DNA of 64,000 bases, taken from positions 160,001-224,000 of the forward strand of contig CAWAWS010000033.1 in NCBI GenBank assembly GCA_963785725.1, in the 5' to 3' direction. Numbering within the stretch: the first letter of the stretch is position 1; each line of letters starts with the position of its first letter. Positions 22,240 through 32,382 of the stretch are shown piece after piece. The notes beneath the pieces are model-generated. The model saw nothing but the letters and a program-made list of their open reading frames with translations. It ran no database searches and was not told where the DNA came from. The position numbers were made by a program, and so were the translations under genes. The stretch is from an uncultured delta proteobacterium (GTDB taxonomy: Bacteria; Myxococcota_A; Polyangia; Palsa-1104).

Positions 22240-23073
22240 CTATGAATCTACGTCAGCTTTCCAACCGAGCGAGATCGCCCGCGCGGACCAGCTGGCGGCG
22301 TGATCGGCGGCACTTTCGAGCTGCGTCAGCGCGCCATCTTCGCGATAGAGGCGCGCCAGTCGAGCGGCGGCGGCGGCACTGCCGAGATCGGCGGCGCGCA
22401 TGAGCCAGGCGAGCGCGCGCGCCGTGCCGCCGGGACGCGCGCCGTGCCGCAGGCCGAGGCGAAAGCAGCCTTCGGCGCTGCCGGCGTCGGCGGCGGCCTG
22501 CTCCCAGCGCGCCGCGGCCTCGGGATCGCGCGCGCCGCCGACGCCGTCTTCGAACAGCCGCGCCAGCTCCAGCTGCGCGGCGACGACGCCACGCTCGGCC
22601 GCGACGCCGTAGAGCATGCGCGCGCGCCTCGGGTCGACGGCGACGCCGAGGCCGCGCAAGTGGGCGGCGCCGAGGAGCCAGAAGGCCTGCTCGTCGCCGG
22701 CGGCGGCGGCGCGACGCAGCCAGTCGACGCCGGCGGCGGCGGTCGCCGGCTCGAGCAGCAAGAGGCCGCCGAGCGCGACGGCGGCGGCGGCGAGCGCGGC
22801 GTCGGCGGCGCGTTCGAGGTAGGCGAGGCCGCGCGCGCGATCGACCGGTCCACCACGGCCGGCGAGCATCATGAGGCCGACGGCGAGCGCCGCGTGCGGG
22901 CTGCCTTGGTCGGCGCCGAGCTGCATGAGGCCGCGCCCTTCACCGACGGCGACGGCATCGTCGCAAGCGGCGAGCTCGCAGGCGGCGATGTACAGCCGCG
23001 CGGCGCGCCGATCGTCGTCGGGCTCGACGAGCGCAGCTTCGGCGTCACGGCGCAGCTTGTCGAGATCGGGCAC
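22240..23073 (-). CDS. Sel1-like repeat protein
   Basis: GRGGPVDRARGLAYLERAA, GLGVAVDPRRARMLYGVAAERG, AQLELARLFEDGVGG..DPEAAARW. Confidence 0.85.
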   Translation of the reverse strand: MPDLDKLRRDAEAALVEPDDDRRAARLYIAACELAACDDAVAVGEGRGLMQLGADQGSPHAALAVGLMMLAGRGGPVDRARGLAYLERAADAALAAAAVALGGLLLLEPATAAAGVDWLRRAAAAGDEQAFWLLGAAHLRGLGVAVDPRRARMLYGVAAERGVVAAQLELARLFEDGVGGARDPEAAARWEQAAADAGSAEGCFRLGLRHGARPGGTARALAWLMRAADLGSAAAAARLARLYREDGALTQLESAADHAASWSARAISLGWKADVDS

Positions 23074-23155
23074 GCCGCGAGAATACGGCGAGCGGCGCGC
23101 GCGTGCCCAGCCTCTTTGTCACGCTTCGTCGCCGAACGTTACATATACTGCCGCG

Positions 23156-23935
23156 GTGTTTTCCGTCGACGTCGACGCGATCGATCTGGCGCCCATCCTC
23201 GAACAATTCGCGCGCGACGGCTACGCGCGCCTCGGCCGCGTCGTCGCCGACGAGACGCTGGCGGCGCTCGGCACGCGCGTCGACGACATCATGGCCGCGC
23301 GCGTGCGTCACGACGGGCTCTTCTTCCAGCGCGACTCCGACAGCGGCCGCTACGAAGACCTGAAGTACGGCGCCGGCTGGCAAGGACCGTCGCCCGACTA
23401 TCGCAAGATCGAGAAGCTGGAGCTCGATCCGCTGTTTCGCGCCTATATCTGCAATCGGCTGCACGAACGGATCGCGCGCGCCCTCATCGACGGGCCGATT
23501 TCGCTCTATCGCGCCGTCCTGTTCACGAAGAGCGCGACCGGCGGCACGCTCCTGCCGTGGCATCAAGACGGCGGGCTCTTTTGGGGCATCGATCGCATGC
23601 CGTTTCTGCAGCTGTGGACGGCGCTCGACGACTGTCCGCTCGACGGCGGCTGCCTCGAGGTCCTGCCGGGCACGCATCGCGCCGGGCTGACGACGATCCA
23701 AGGCGGCGTCGTGCCCGACGATCGGCTGCTCGCCGTCGACGCCGAGAAGAACGCGCTGCCGCTGCCGGCCAAAGCGGGCGAGATGATGCTCGTTCACAAC
23801 CACTTGTGGCATCGCTCGCTGCAGAGCCACTCGGGCCGGCGCCGCTCGACGCTGTCGGTGTGCCTGATGACGGCGGCGACGCGCTGTCTGCGCAAGAAGC
23901 GGGCGCCGCGGCAGTTCTTTCGCGTCTTCGAGTGA
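23156..23935 (+). CDS. Phytanoyl-CoA dioxygenase (PhyH) family Fe(II)/2OG dioxygenase
   Basis: FARDGY, PWHQD, WTALDD...GCLEVLPGTH, LWHRS, RRSTL; start moved to GTG 23156 to avoid overlapping the Sel1 gene. Confidence 0.9.
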   Translation: MFSVDVDAIDLAPILEQFARDGYARLGRVVADETLAALGTRVDDIMAARVRHDGLFFQRDSDSGRYEDLKYGAGWQGPSPDYRKIEKLELDPLFRAYICNRLHERIARALIDGPISLYRAVLFTKSATGGTLLPWHQDGGLFWGIDRMPFLQLWTALDDCPLDGGCLEVLPGTHRAGLTTIQGGVVPDDRLLAVDAEKNALPLPAKAGEMMLVHNHLWHRSLQSHSGRRRSTLSVCLMTAATRCLRKKRAPRQFFRVFE

Positions 23936-23977
23936 CACGTCACAGTCGGCCGCCGACGGAGCTGCTACTGTCCGTAG

Positions 23978-24665
23978 GTGGATCTCACGCTGCTCGACAT
24001 CGTCGCTCGCACCGTCTGCGGCGTCGTCGGCGTCAGCGCCGTCGGCGTCACGCTGCGGCTGATCGGGCGCAAGGTCAAACGTGACGCCGAGGCGCTCGCC
24101 GAGGTCGGCGAAATGCGCGCCGTCCATGCGGTCCGGCTCGTCAATGTCGTGCCCGACGATTTGGTGCGCACGAGCGGCGTCGCGCTACCGCGGGGCGAGC
24201 TGGTCAAGACGCGCTTCAGCGGCCGCGCCTGCATCGCGCATCAGTGCTCGCTCATCGTCAATCCCGGCGTCGACGCGCGGGTGTTCGAGACCAGCGAGCA
24301 CGGCGAGCTCTATATCGAAGACGAAGGCGCGCGCGCGCTCGTACGAGGCGAGATTCCCGTCATCGCGCTGGTCGACCGCGCCAGCGGTGAATGGACCAGC
24401 GAGACGCTGCCGCCGCACGTTCGCGAGTGGCTGCAAGAGGCGACGGCGTCCGACGAGTGGGAACACTCTCGCCATTTGCGCTGGGTGGAACGCTGGATCG
24501 AGCCCGGCGAGCGCGTCTGCGTCGTCGGCGCCGCGACGCTGCAGCTCGACGAAGGCGGCGGTCGGCGGCGACTACCGGCAATCGGCGGAGCTGTTGACGT
24601 TCGAGACCGCCGACGACGCGCCGCTGTCGGTCAGCAACGATCCGACGCTGCTCGTCACTTCGTGA
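23978..24665 (+). CDS. Hypothetical membrane-anchored protein (possibly GIDE-like), apparent +1 frameshift near 24552
   Basis: N-terminal TM, LVKTRFSGRACI, ERWIEPGERVCVVG; protein-like text continues in another frame as GGDYRQSAELLTFETADDAPLSVSNDP to TGA 24665; removing one base gives 229 codons. Confidence 0.65.
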
Positions 24666-26787
24666 GCGGCTGACGAATGATGGCCAGCGCGCGCCCGGGC
24701 AGCTGGTACTTCGCCTCGGTCATCGGCAGATCGCGCTTCGAATCGTCCGACGTATCGAGCTCCAAGCGCCACTGCTCGCCCGCTTCGAGCACCGTCGGCA
24801 GCGTGAACTTCATGGCCTCGTGATGCGCGTTGAACAGCACCAAGATGCCGTCGCCCCAGATGCGCCCGCCCTGCTCGTCCGGCGTCTCGATCGAATCGCC
24901 GCCCAGTAGGACCATCCACGAGCGCACGAAGGGCTTTTGCCAATCCTCGTCGTCCATCTCGGTGCCGTCGGGGCGAAACCAGGTCAGATCCTTGTACGTC
25001 GAGTCCCACACCTGCTCGCCGCGGAAGAAGCGACGCCGCTGCAGCGTCGGCTGGCGACTGCGAAAGTGAATCAGCCGGCGCGTAAACGCGAGCAGCGCTT
25101 TTTTGCGATCGTCGAGATTCCAATCGACCCACGACAGCGCGTTGTCTTGACAATAGGTGTTGTTGTTTCCCTTTTGCGTGCGCCCCATCTCATCGCCGGC
25201 GACGATCATCGGCACGCCTTGCGACACGAACAGCGTCGCCAACAGGTTGCGCATTTGCCGCTCGCGCAGGGCGATAATGCCTTTGTCGTCGGTCTCGCCT
25301 TCGACGCCGCAATTCCAGGCCTGATTGTCGTCGGCGCCGTCGCGGTTCGACTCGCCGTTGGCTTCATTGTGCTTTTGGCTATAAGTGACCAAATCGTGCA
25401 GCGTGAAGCCATCGTGCGCCGTAATGAAGTTGATGCTGGCTTGCGGACGCCGATTCTCGCCTTGATATAAATCGGAGTTTCCCGCCAATCGATATCCCAT
25501 TTCGCCGACCAAATTCTCGTCGCCCTTCCAAAAGCGGCGCACGGCGTCGCGGTATTTGCCGTTCCATTCGCGCCACGGCACGGGCAGATTGCCGACTTGA
25601 TAGCCGCCCATGCCGACGTCCCAGGGCTCGGCGATCAGCTTGACGCGCGACAACAGCGGATCTTGCGTCACGATCTGAAAGAACGACGAATCGCGCGCAT
25701 ACTCGCCTTTGCCGGTACGCCCGAGCACCGTCGCCAAGTCGAAACGAAAGCCGTCGACGTGCATCTCGCTGACCCAATAGCGCAGCGAATCCATGACGAA
25801 CCGCGCCGTCTGCACGTTCGAGGTATTGAAGCTGTTTCCGCAGCCGGTAAAGTCGAGATAATGCCGCTTGTCCGGCATCAACCAATAATAGCTGGCGTTA
25901 TCGATTCCCTTGAACGACAGCGTCGGCCCGAGATGATTGCCTTCGCAGGTATGATTATAAACGACGTCGAGGATGACCTCGATTCCGGCGGCGTGCAGCG
26001 CTTTGACCATCGTCTTGAATTCTTCGACTTGAATACCGGGCTGCGAGCGACTCGAATAGCGCTGATCGGGTGAAAAGAAATTGAGCGTGCTGTAACCCCA
26101 ATAGTTGGTCAGCTTGCGCTCTTGCAAGAAGGAATCGGTCGGAAATTCGTGCACCGGCAAGAGCTCGATGGCGGTGACGCCGAGCGTCTTCAGGTGCTCG
26201 ATGATCGCCGGATGGGCCAGGCCACGATAGGTCCCGCGCAGCTCTTTGGGCACGTCGGGATGCAGCTGCGTCAGGCCTTTGACGTGCGCTTCGTAGATGA
26301 CCGTCGTTCGCCACGGCAGCTCGAGCCGCCGATCGTTACCCCAATCGAACTCGTCGCTCACGACGACGCTGCGAGGCATTCCCGGCGCGCTGTCGCGGCT
26401 GTCGATGTCGAGATCCTGCCGCTTGCGCTTCGGATCGTAGGACAATAGAGGCTTCGACCAATCGGGCTGACCCCACACCGACTTGGCGTAGGGATCGACG
26501 AGCAGCTTGGCCGGATTGCAGCGATGGCCGTTGTCGGGATCGAACGGACCGTGCACGCGCAAGCCGTAGAGCGCCCCGGAGCGCACGCCGCGCGCATAGC
26601 CGTGCCAGATGTAGTCGGTGGCCTGCGGCAGGTCGAAGCGGCCGATCTCGCGCTGCGGATCGTCGGGATCGTAGAGGCAGACCTCGACGCGGGTGGCGAC
26701 GCGCGAGCTGACCGAGAAGTTGGTGCCGTCGGCGTCGGGCGTCGCGCCGAGCGGAAACGGCCGGCCGGCAAAGACGGCGAAGCTCAT
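24655..26787 (-). CDS. glgX: Glycogen debranching enzyme (GH13 isoamylase)
   Basis: GRPFPLGAT, NPAKLLVDPYAK, NYWGYST, DVVYNH, DGFRFDLA, IAEPWD, FITAHDGFTL; ATG 26787 (MSFAVFAGRP). Confidence 0.97.
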   Translation of the reverse strand: MSFAVFAGRPFPLGATPDADGTNFSVSSRVATRVEVCLYDPDDPQREIGRFDLPQATDYIWHGYARGVRSGALYGLRVHGPFDPDNGHRCNPAKLLVDPYAKSVWGQPDWSKPLLSYDPKRKRQDLDIDSRDSAPGMPRSVVVSDEFDWGNDRRLELPWRTTVIYEAHVKGLTQLHPDVPKELRGTYRGLAHPAIIEHLKTLGVTAIELLPVHEFPTDSFLQERKLTNYWGYSTLNFFSPDQRYSSRSQPGIQVEEFKTMVKALHAAGIEVILDVVYNHTCEGNHLGPTLSFKGIDNASYYWLMPDKRHYLDFTGCGNSFNTSNVQTARFVMDSLRYWVSEMHVDGFRFDLATVLGRTGKGEYARDSSFFQIVTQDPLLSRVKLIAEPWDVGMGGYQVGNLPVPWREWNGKYRDAVRRFWKGDENLVGEMGYRLAGNSDLYQGENRRPQASINFITAHDGFTLHDLVTYSQKHNEANGESNRDGADDNQAWNCGVEGETDDKGIIALRERQMRNLLATLFVSQGVPMIVAGDEMGRTQKGNNNTYCQDNALSWVDWNLDDRKKALLAFTRRLIHFRSRQPTLQRRRFFRGEQVWDSTYKDLTWFRPDGTEMDDEDWQKPFVRSWMVLLGGDSIETPDEQGGRIWGDGILVLFNAHHEAMKFTLPTVLEAGEQWRLELDTSDDSKRDLPMTEAKYQLPGRALAIIRQPLTK

Positions 26788-27001
26788 CGGTTGGTGGCCT
26801 GAGCGGTCGTTGCGTAAACAAAAGACATGCTCTGGATTTCTGCACGCCCTGCGCCGTGACAAGCCGCGTCGACGCGAAGAATCGTCGTAACGGCCGACGT
26901 GTACGCGTTGCAACTCGCGCGAACGTCACTACAACCCGCGTAGAACAAGTGCGCGCGGCGTCGAATGAGCTTCCTCGCTGGGCTGAACACATGAGGCTTC
27001 G

Positions 27002-28603
27002 ATGGAGAGCGCGCGCTTGAACAGAGAGCCGAGCAAGCCCGTGGTCGCCGCGATCGACGGTGACGGCGACGAGACGGGCGAGGCCGCGGCCGCTTGGCGA
27101 CAGGCCCGCGCCACGGTGCGGGTGCTGGCGATCGGCTTGGCCGCGATCGCGACGGTGTACCTCGCCTACGCGCTGCGCGGCATCGTGCTGCTGGTCGTCT
27201 TATCGACATTTTTCGCGTATTTGATGGCGCCGCTCGTCGATCGCTTGCACGGCCACGGCCGCCGGCTCGGTCGCGGCTCCGCCATCGCCCTCATCTACTT
27301 GGCGCTCATCGCCGCCTTTGCCGGCGCCGGCTTCGTGCTCGTGCCGCGGCTCGGCGATCAGCTGGCGACGCTGGGCAAAGCCGCGCCGTCGTACATGGCG
27401 CTCGAGCGACAGGGCGCGCGCAGCCTCGACGGCTGGTACGAACGCGCGCATCTGTCGGCGGCGACGCGCGGGGCGCTCGACAGCGCCCGCGTGCACGTCA
27501 TCGACGGGCTGTCGCGCAAGCTCGAGGTCGTCAGCGCCGAGCTGCTCGACAGCCTGCGTTTCCTGCCGTTTTTGGTGCTGATTCCCGTCATCGCCTTCTT
27601 CCTGCTGAAGGACGCCGCGCTGTTTCGGCGCGCGGCGCTGGCCATCTTGCCGCCCGGCCGCGTGCGCTGGCGCGGCGGCGACTTCCTGAACGAGGTCAGC
27701 TCGACGCTGGCCTTTTTCATTCGCGCCCAGCTGCTCGCCTGCTCGTTCATCGGCATCGTCTGCACCCTCGGCTTCGTCGCGCTCGGCGTTCCGTACGCGC
27801 TCGTGCTCGGCGGCCTGGCCGGCCTGTTCGAGGTCGTGCCCGTCATCGGACCGGCCGTGACGCTCGTCGCCGCGCTCGCCTTCGCCGGCAGCCGCTCCCT
27901 GCCGACGGCGCTCGCGACCCTGTGCTTCCTCGGCAGCCTCCGGCTCGTGCACGACTATCTCGTCTATCCGCGCCTCATCGCGCGCGGCATCAAGCTGCAT
28001 CCGCTGGCGATCATCCTCGCCGTCTTGTGCGGCTCGACGCTGAGCGGCTTGTGGGGCGTCTTTCTGGCGATCCCGGCGACGGCCATTTGCTGCATCAGCT
28101 GGCGCTATTTCCGGCTCCATCTCGGCACCGAGGGCGTCGTCGCCGAGCTCATCAGCCGCGAGATGCCGAACGAACGGCCGGCGATCGTGGTCGCGCCGGC
28201 GCCGCTCGACGCGCCCGGCCGGCTCGGCGGGCTGAAGGTGCTGCTCGTCGACAACGACGACGACGCGCGCCAGCTGCTGACGGCCGTGCTCGAACGCGAA
28301 GGCGCGCAAGCGTTTGGCGCGTCGAGCGCCGCCGAGGCCATGCTGCTCCTGCGCTCGACACGCCCGCACGTGCTCATCAGCGACCTCGGCATGCCCGGCG
28401 AAGACGGCTTCGACCTGATGCGGCAGATTCGCGCGGCGACGGCCTTCGGCGAACCGATGATTCCGGCGGCGGCGCTGACCGGCTACGCCACCGACGAAGA
28501 TCGCGCGCGCGTCCTCGACGCCGGCTTCCTCTTGCACGTGCCGAAGCCGGTCGATCCGGCCGAGCTGACCCGCGTCGTGTCGTCGCTCGCCCGCGGCCAC
28601 TAA
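27002..28603 (+). CDS. AI-2E (TqsA/PerM) family transporter fused to a C-terminal receiver domain
   Basis: Multiple TM helices, AYLMAPLVDRL, VPVIGP, LVYPRLI..GIKLHPL, GLWGVFLAIP; then VLLVDND, ISDLGMPGEDG, ALTGY, VPKPVD. Confidence 0.88.
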   Translation: MESARLNREPSKPVVAAIDGDGDETGEAAAAWRQARATVRVLAIGLAAIATVYLAYALRGIVLLVVLSTFFAYLMAPLVDRLHGHGRRLGRGSAIALIYLALIAAFAGAGFVLVPRLGDQLATLGKAAPSYMALERQGARSLDGWYERAHLSAATRGALDSARVHVIDGLSRKLEVVSAELLDSLRFLPFLVLIPVIAFFLLKDAALFRRAALAILPPGRVRWRGGDFLNEVSSTLAFFIRAQLLACSFIGIVCTLGFVALGVPYALVLGGLAGLFEVVPVIGPAVTLVAALAFAGSRSLPTALATLCFLGSLRLVHDYLVYPRLIARGIKLHPLAIILAVLCGSTLSGLWGVFLAIPATAICCISWRYFRLHLGTEGVVAELISREMPNERPAIVVAPAPLDAPGRLGGLKVLLVDNDDDARQLLTAVLEREGAQAFGASSAAEAMLLLRSTRPHVLISDLGMPGEDGFDLMRQIRAATAFGEPMIPAAALTGYATDEDRARVLDAGFLLHVPKPVDPAELTRVVSSLARGH

Positions 28604-28669
28604 TCCCGACCCAACAATCCGAAAGCAGTAGTGTTTTTGATTTGGAGCGAGGCGCCGAAGCGGCGGAGG

Positions 28670-28993
28670 TTAGGGCATGCGCAGCGAGACGGCCGCGCCG
28701 TACGCCGTGTCACGCTCGACGGTCGGCGCGAACAGCGGCAGCACGACGACGGGGCCGCGCGCGTAACGCGCGATGGCCGGCGCGCTGCGATCGAGCACGC
28801 CGAACGCCACTTCCTTCAGATCGATGATGTCGCTCTGCTCCAGCATCGCCGTCGCCGCCACCAGCGAGCCGCGCGACTTCGCCGTCGGCATATAACGTAA
28901 GTCGACCGCTACCACGGCTTTCGGCGGCGCCGGCACGATCGGCGCGCCATGCGACAGCGACCCCAGCGCGAGATAGGCAAACAGCGGCAGCAT
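28670..28993 (-). CDS. Small hypothetical, probably exported protein
   Basis: Hydrophobic N-terminus, purine-rich RBS-like GAAGGGTGG, upstream sigma54-like site. Confidence 0.6.
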   Translation of the reverse strand: MLPLFAYLALGSLSHGAPIVPAPPKAVVAVDLRYMPTAKSRGSLVAATAMLEQSDIIDLKEVAFGVLDRSAPAIARYARGPVVVLPLFAPTVERDTAYGAAVSLRMP

Positions 28994-29087
28994 CGGTCAG
29001 CCACCCTTCGCGTGGCGCGGAAGCGCCGTCGTCGTCGCGTGGAAGAGCCGGAAATCGTTGCTACGGCATCGCATGACGAGAGTGCAC

Positions 29088-29104
29088 TGCAAGCGCTTCG
29101 CCAG
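29088..29104 (-). promoter_or_regulatory. sigma54 (-24/-12) promoter candidate
   Basis: Minus strand CTGGCGAAGCGCTTGCA, GG-N10-GC, about 95 nt upstream of ATG 28993. Confidence 0.55.
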
Positions 29105-29311
29105 CGCCGGCTCCCGTCGACGACGCGGGTTCGACAGCGCCTTGTGCCGGCGAATACACGCTCCATGGGCGCGCTTAGGGAACCAAAGTTCCACTAACGA
29201 GCCCAAACGCGCTTTTCCTTCGCTCGGAAAGTCTACTGACACAAGGCTGTCAGGAGGGCGGCGCTAGGCTGTCTTCGTTCGGCAGCCACGACCACTCACC
29301 AGGAGATGACC

Positions 29312-29932
29312 ATGCGACTTCACTTCAGCCCCTATTCCGCCAACTCGCGCCGCGTCGTCATGGCGGCCATCGCGCTCGGCCGTGATCTCGAGCTGGTGCC
29401 GGTCGATCTGGCCAAGCGTGAGCAGCGGCAGGCGGCGTTCCTGCAGCTCAACCCGTGCGGGCGCGTGCCGGTGCTCGAAGACGGCGACTTCGTGCTCACC
29501 GAGTCGCACGCGATCATTCAATATCTCGCCGAGCAGACGCCGGAGCAGGCGCTCTATCCGACGGGCTTGCGCTCGCGGGCCGACGTCAATCGCTGGCTGT
29601 TTTGGTCGGCGCAGCACTGGCAGCCGTCGATCAGCGTCGTCAGCTGGGAGCGCGTCGTCAAGCCGCTCGTCGGCGCCGGACCGGCCGATCCCAACGAGAT
29701 CGCGCGCGGCGAGCGGCTCGTCCTCGAGAACGCGCGCGTGCTCGATCAGCAGCTGGCCGACAAACAGTGGGTGACGCAAGATCGGCTGACCTTGGCCGAT
29801 TTGGCGTTGGCGGCGCCGCTGCAAGTGATGGTGCCGGCGCAGCTGCCGCTGGCTGATTTCCGCCATTTGCAGGCTTGGTTCGCGCGTGTCCAGGCGCTCG
29901 ACGCCTGGAAGCGGAGCGGCGCGGCGCGGTGA
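29312..29932 (+). CDS. Glutathione S-transferase family protein
   Basis: SANSRRV, LNPCGRVPVLEDGDFVLTESHAIIQYLA, LTLADL; AGGAG RBS. Confidence 0.95.
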   Translation: MRLHFSPYSANSRRVVMAAIALGRDLELVPVDLAKREQRQAAFLQLNPCGRVPVLEDGDFVLTESHAIIQYLAEQTPEQALYPTGLRSRADVNRWLFWSAQHWQPSISVVSWERVVKPLVGAGPADPNEIARGERLVLENARVLDQQLADKQWVTQDRLTLADLALAAPLQVMVPAQLPLADFRHLQAWFARVQALDAWKRSGAAR

Positions 29933-30035
29933 TCGCGGTCGCAAGCACACGTTCGCTCGAGGGTCATAGTTGCGGCATGAAAGCGGTTGCGCGACTGTTC
30001 TGCGGTCCGACATGACAATCGAAGCGGGAGGGGTG

Positions 30036-32024
30036 ATGCGAAGCTCAATGTTGCGGGGATTCTTCTGTCTGACGATGGCGATGCTGGCGAGCGGTGTGGC
30101 GGCGGCGGCCGAGACGCCGCCGCCGCTCATCGCGCGCGACGTGCTGTTCGGCAACCCGGAGCGCATCGCGCCGCAGCTGTCGCCCGACGGCAAGCGGCTG
30201 GCGTGGCTGGCGCCGGACACGAAGAACGTGCTGCAGGTGTGGGTCAAGACGGTGGCGCTCACCGACAAGAGCGACGAGAAGATGGTGACGGCCGACAAGA
30301 AGCGCGGCATTCGCAGCTACTTCTGGGCCAAGGACAATCGCACGCTGCTCTACATCCAGGACGCGGACGGCGACGAGAACTGGCACGTCTACGGCGTCGA
30401 TTTGACGAGCGGCACGGTGCGCGATTTGACGCCGTTTCAGGGCGTGAACGCGGCCGTGATCGCCGTCAACGAGAAGTTCCCGCACGCGCTGCTGGTGCAG
30501 ATGAACGTGCGCAACAAGGCGCTGCACGACGTCTATCGCTGTGATCTCGAGACCGGGGCGTTGACGCTCGACACGCAGAATCCGGGCGACGTCGCGGGCT
30601 GGGTCGTCGACAACCACATGGTCGTGCGCGGCGCGCACGTCTCGCTGCCCGACGGTGGCACCGAGCTGCGCGTGCGCGATTCGGCCAAAGGGGCGTGGCG
30701 CACGCTGTTGAAGGCGTCGATGGAGGAGGACCTCGCCTTTTACGGCTTCACGCCCGACGGCAAGCGCGCCTATTTGAGCACGTCGCTCGGCAGCGACACG
30801 GCGCGCCTGGCCGAGCACGATCTGAAGACCGGCGCCGAGAAGACGCTGGCGCAGCGCGACGACGTCGATATCGGCGGCGTCGTCGTGCAGCCGCGCACGG
30901 AGAAGATCCAAGGCGTGTCGTTCATGCCGGGACGGCTCGTGTGGACGATCATCGACCCGTCCATCAAAGACGACTTCGCGGCGATTCAAAAGGTCATGGA
31001 CGCCGACGTCAATGTCGTGAGCCGCGATGATGACGACCAGACGTGGCTCGTGGCGTATCAGCGCGATCGCGGGCCGATCAGCTACTACACGTATTCGCGG
31101 GGGACGAAGCAGGCGACGTTCATGTTCGTGCATCAGCCGAAGCTCAACGGGCTGACGCTGGCGGAGATGAAGCCGTACACGATCGATGCGCGCGACGGGG
31201 TGAAGCTGCCGATCTACGTGACGTTGCCGCCGGGGCGCGATCCGAAGGGCTTGCCGCTCGTGCTGTTCGTGCACGGTGGACCGTGGGCGCGCGACGGCTG
31301 GGGCTACAACCCTAGCGCGCAGTGGCTGGCCAATCGCGGCTATGCCGTATTGCAGGTGAACTACCGCGGCTCGACGGGCTACGGCAAAAAGTTCCTGCAC
31401 CTCGGCGACAAGCAGTGGGGCAAGACGATGCATACCGACCTGCTCGACTCGGTCAACTGGATGGTCAAGCAGGGCTGGGTCGATCCCAAGCGCGTCGCCA
31501 TCATGGGCGGCTCGTACGGCGGCTATGCGGCGTTGGCGGGCGCGGCGTTCACGCCTGACTTCTTCAAGTGCTCGGTGGATATCGTCGGGCCGTCGAACTT
31601 GTTCACGCTGTTGAAGACGATTCCGCCCTATTGGAAGCCGATGATCGCGGTGTTCTACACGCGCATGGGCGATCCCGAGAAAGATCAGGCGCTGTTGCAC
31701 GCGGCGTCGCCGCTGTTCTCGGCCGACAAGATCAGGATTCCGATGCTGATCGGACAGGGCGCGAACGATCCGCGCGTCAATCAGGCGGAGTCGGAGCAGA
31801 TCGTGTCGGCGCTGGAGAAGAACGGGCAGCACGCCGTCTATGTGCTCTATCCCGACGAAGGGCACGGGTTTGCGCGGCCGGAGAATCGCATCGACTTCAA
31901 CGCGCGGGCCGAGAAGTTCCTGTCCGAGCAGCTGGGTGGTCGCTACGAGCCGCTCAAGGGCGAGAAGATTCCGGGCTCGACAGCGGTCGTGCGCGAAGTC
32001 GGCAAGAAGCCCGCGCAGCACTGA
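30036..32024 (+). CDS. S9 family (prolyl oligopeptidase/acylaminoacyl) peptidase, exported
   Basis: Signal peptide; HGGPW, NYRGSTGYG, GGSYGG nucleophile, GANDPRV, DEGHG. Confidence 0.95.
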   Translation: MRSSMLRGFFCLTMAMLASGVAAAAETPPPLIARDVLFGNPERIAPQLSPDGKRLAWLAPDTKNVLQVWVKTVALTDKSDEKMVTADKKRGIRSYFWAKDNRTLLYIQDADGDENWHVYGVDLTSGTVRDLTPFQGVNAAVIAVNEKFPHALLVQMNVRNKALHDVYRCDLETGALTLDTQNPGDVAGWVVDNHMVVRGAHVSLPDGGTELRVRDSAKGAWRTLLKASMEEDLAFYGFTPDGKRAYLSTSLGSDTARLAEHDLKTGAEKTLAQRDDVDIGGVVVQPRTEKIQGVSFMPGRLVWTIIDPSIKDDFAAIQKVMDADVNVVSRDDDDQTWLVAYQRDRGPISYYTYSRGTKQATFMFVHQPKLNGLTLAEMKPYTIDARDGVKLPIYVTLPPGRDPKGLPLVLFVHGGPWARDGWGYNPSAQWLANRGYAVLQVNYRGSTGYGKKFLHLGDKQWGKTMHTDLLDSVNWMVKQGWVDPKRVAIMGGSYGGYAALAGAAFTPDFFKCSVDIVGPSNLFTLLKTIPPYWKPMIAVFYTRMGDPEKDQALLHAASPLFSADKIRIPMLIGQGANDPRVNQAESEQIVSALEKNGQHAVYVLYPDEGHGFARPENRIDFNARAEKFLSEQLGGRYEPLKGEKIPGSTAVVREVGKKPAQH

Positions 32025-32382
32025 GCGGCACCTCGCGCACGCCTTCGGTTCCATCCGCAGCAAACATTCCTACCGTTGCTGACGTCGCGTGAAGCGCGGC
32101 TCAGGTTCTCGTTCCAGCAGTCCTGTAGCCGCGTTCGAGCGCACACAATCGGGTGGCTGACGTCGCGTGACTGGCTCGACGACCGTTCCCGCGACGATCG
32201 ATTCCGGCAGCGACGATCGATTCCGGAGGATGGTGGGCTCGGGGTAATTCCCCCCATCCGCCCTCCCTTTATCGCGTTTGCCGCGAAAAAGTTGCGGGGG
32301 ACGAACGAAACGCAAGGATGTTGGGATCGAACGCCCGCCGCAACCCCTCGCGGCGAGCGTTGGCGCGAGGACGCCGCCGCGC

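Noticed and set aside
22871..23155. N-terminal extension of the PhyH ORF
   Set aside because: Overlaps the Sel1 gene on the opposite strand; family-like sequence starts at GTG 23156.
32025..32382. ncRNA in the gap after the S9 peptidase; TGGGATCG(A/G)ACGCCC also occurs near 46783
   Set aside because: Only a 15-nt near-match and a loose hairpin; no recognisable RNA family.
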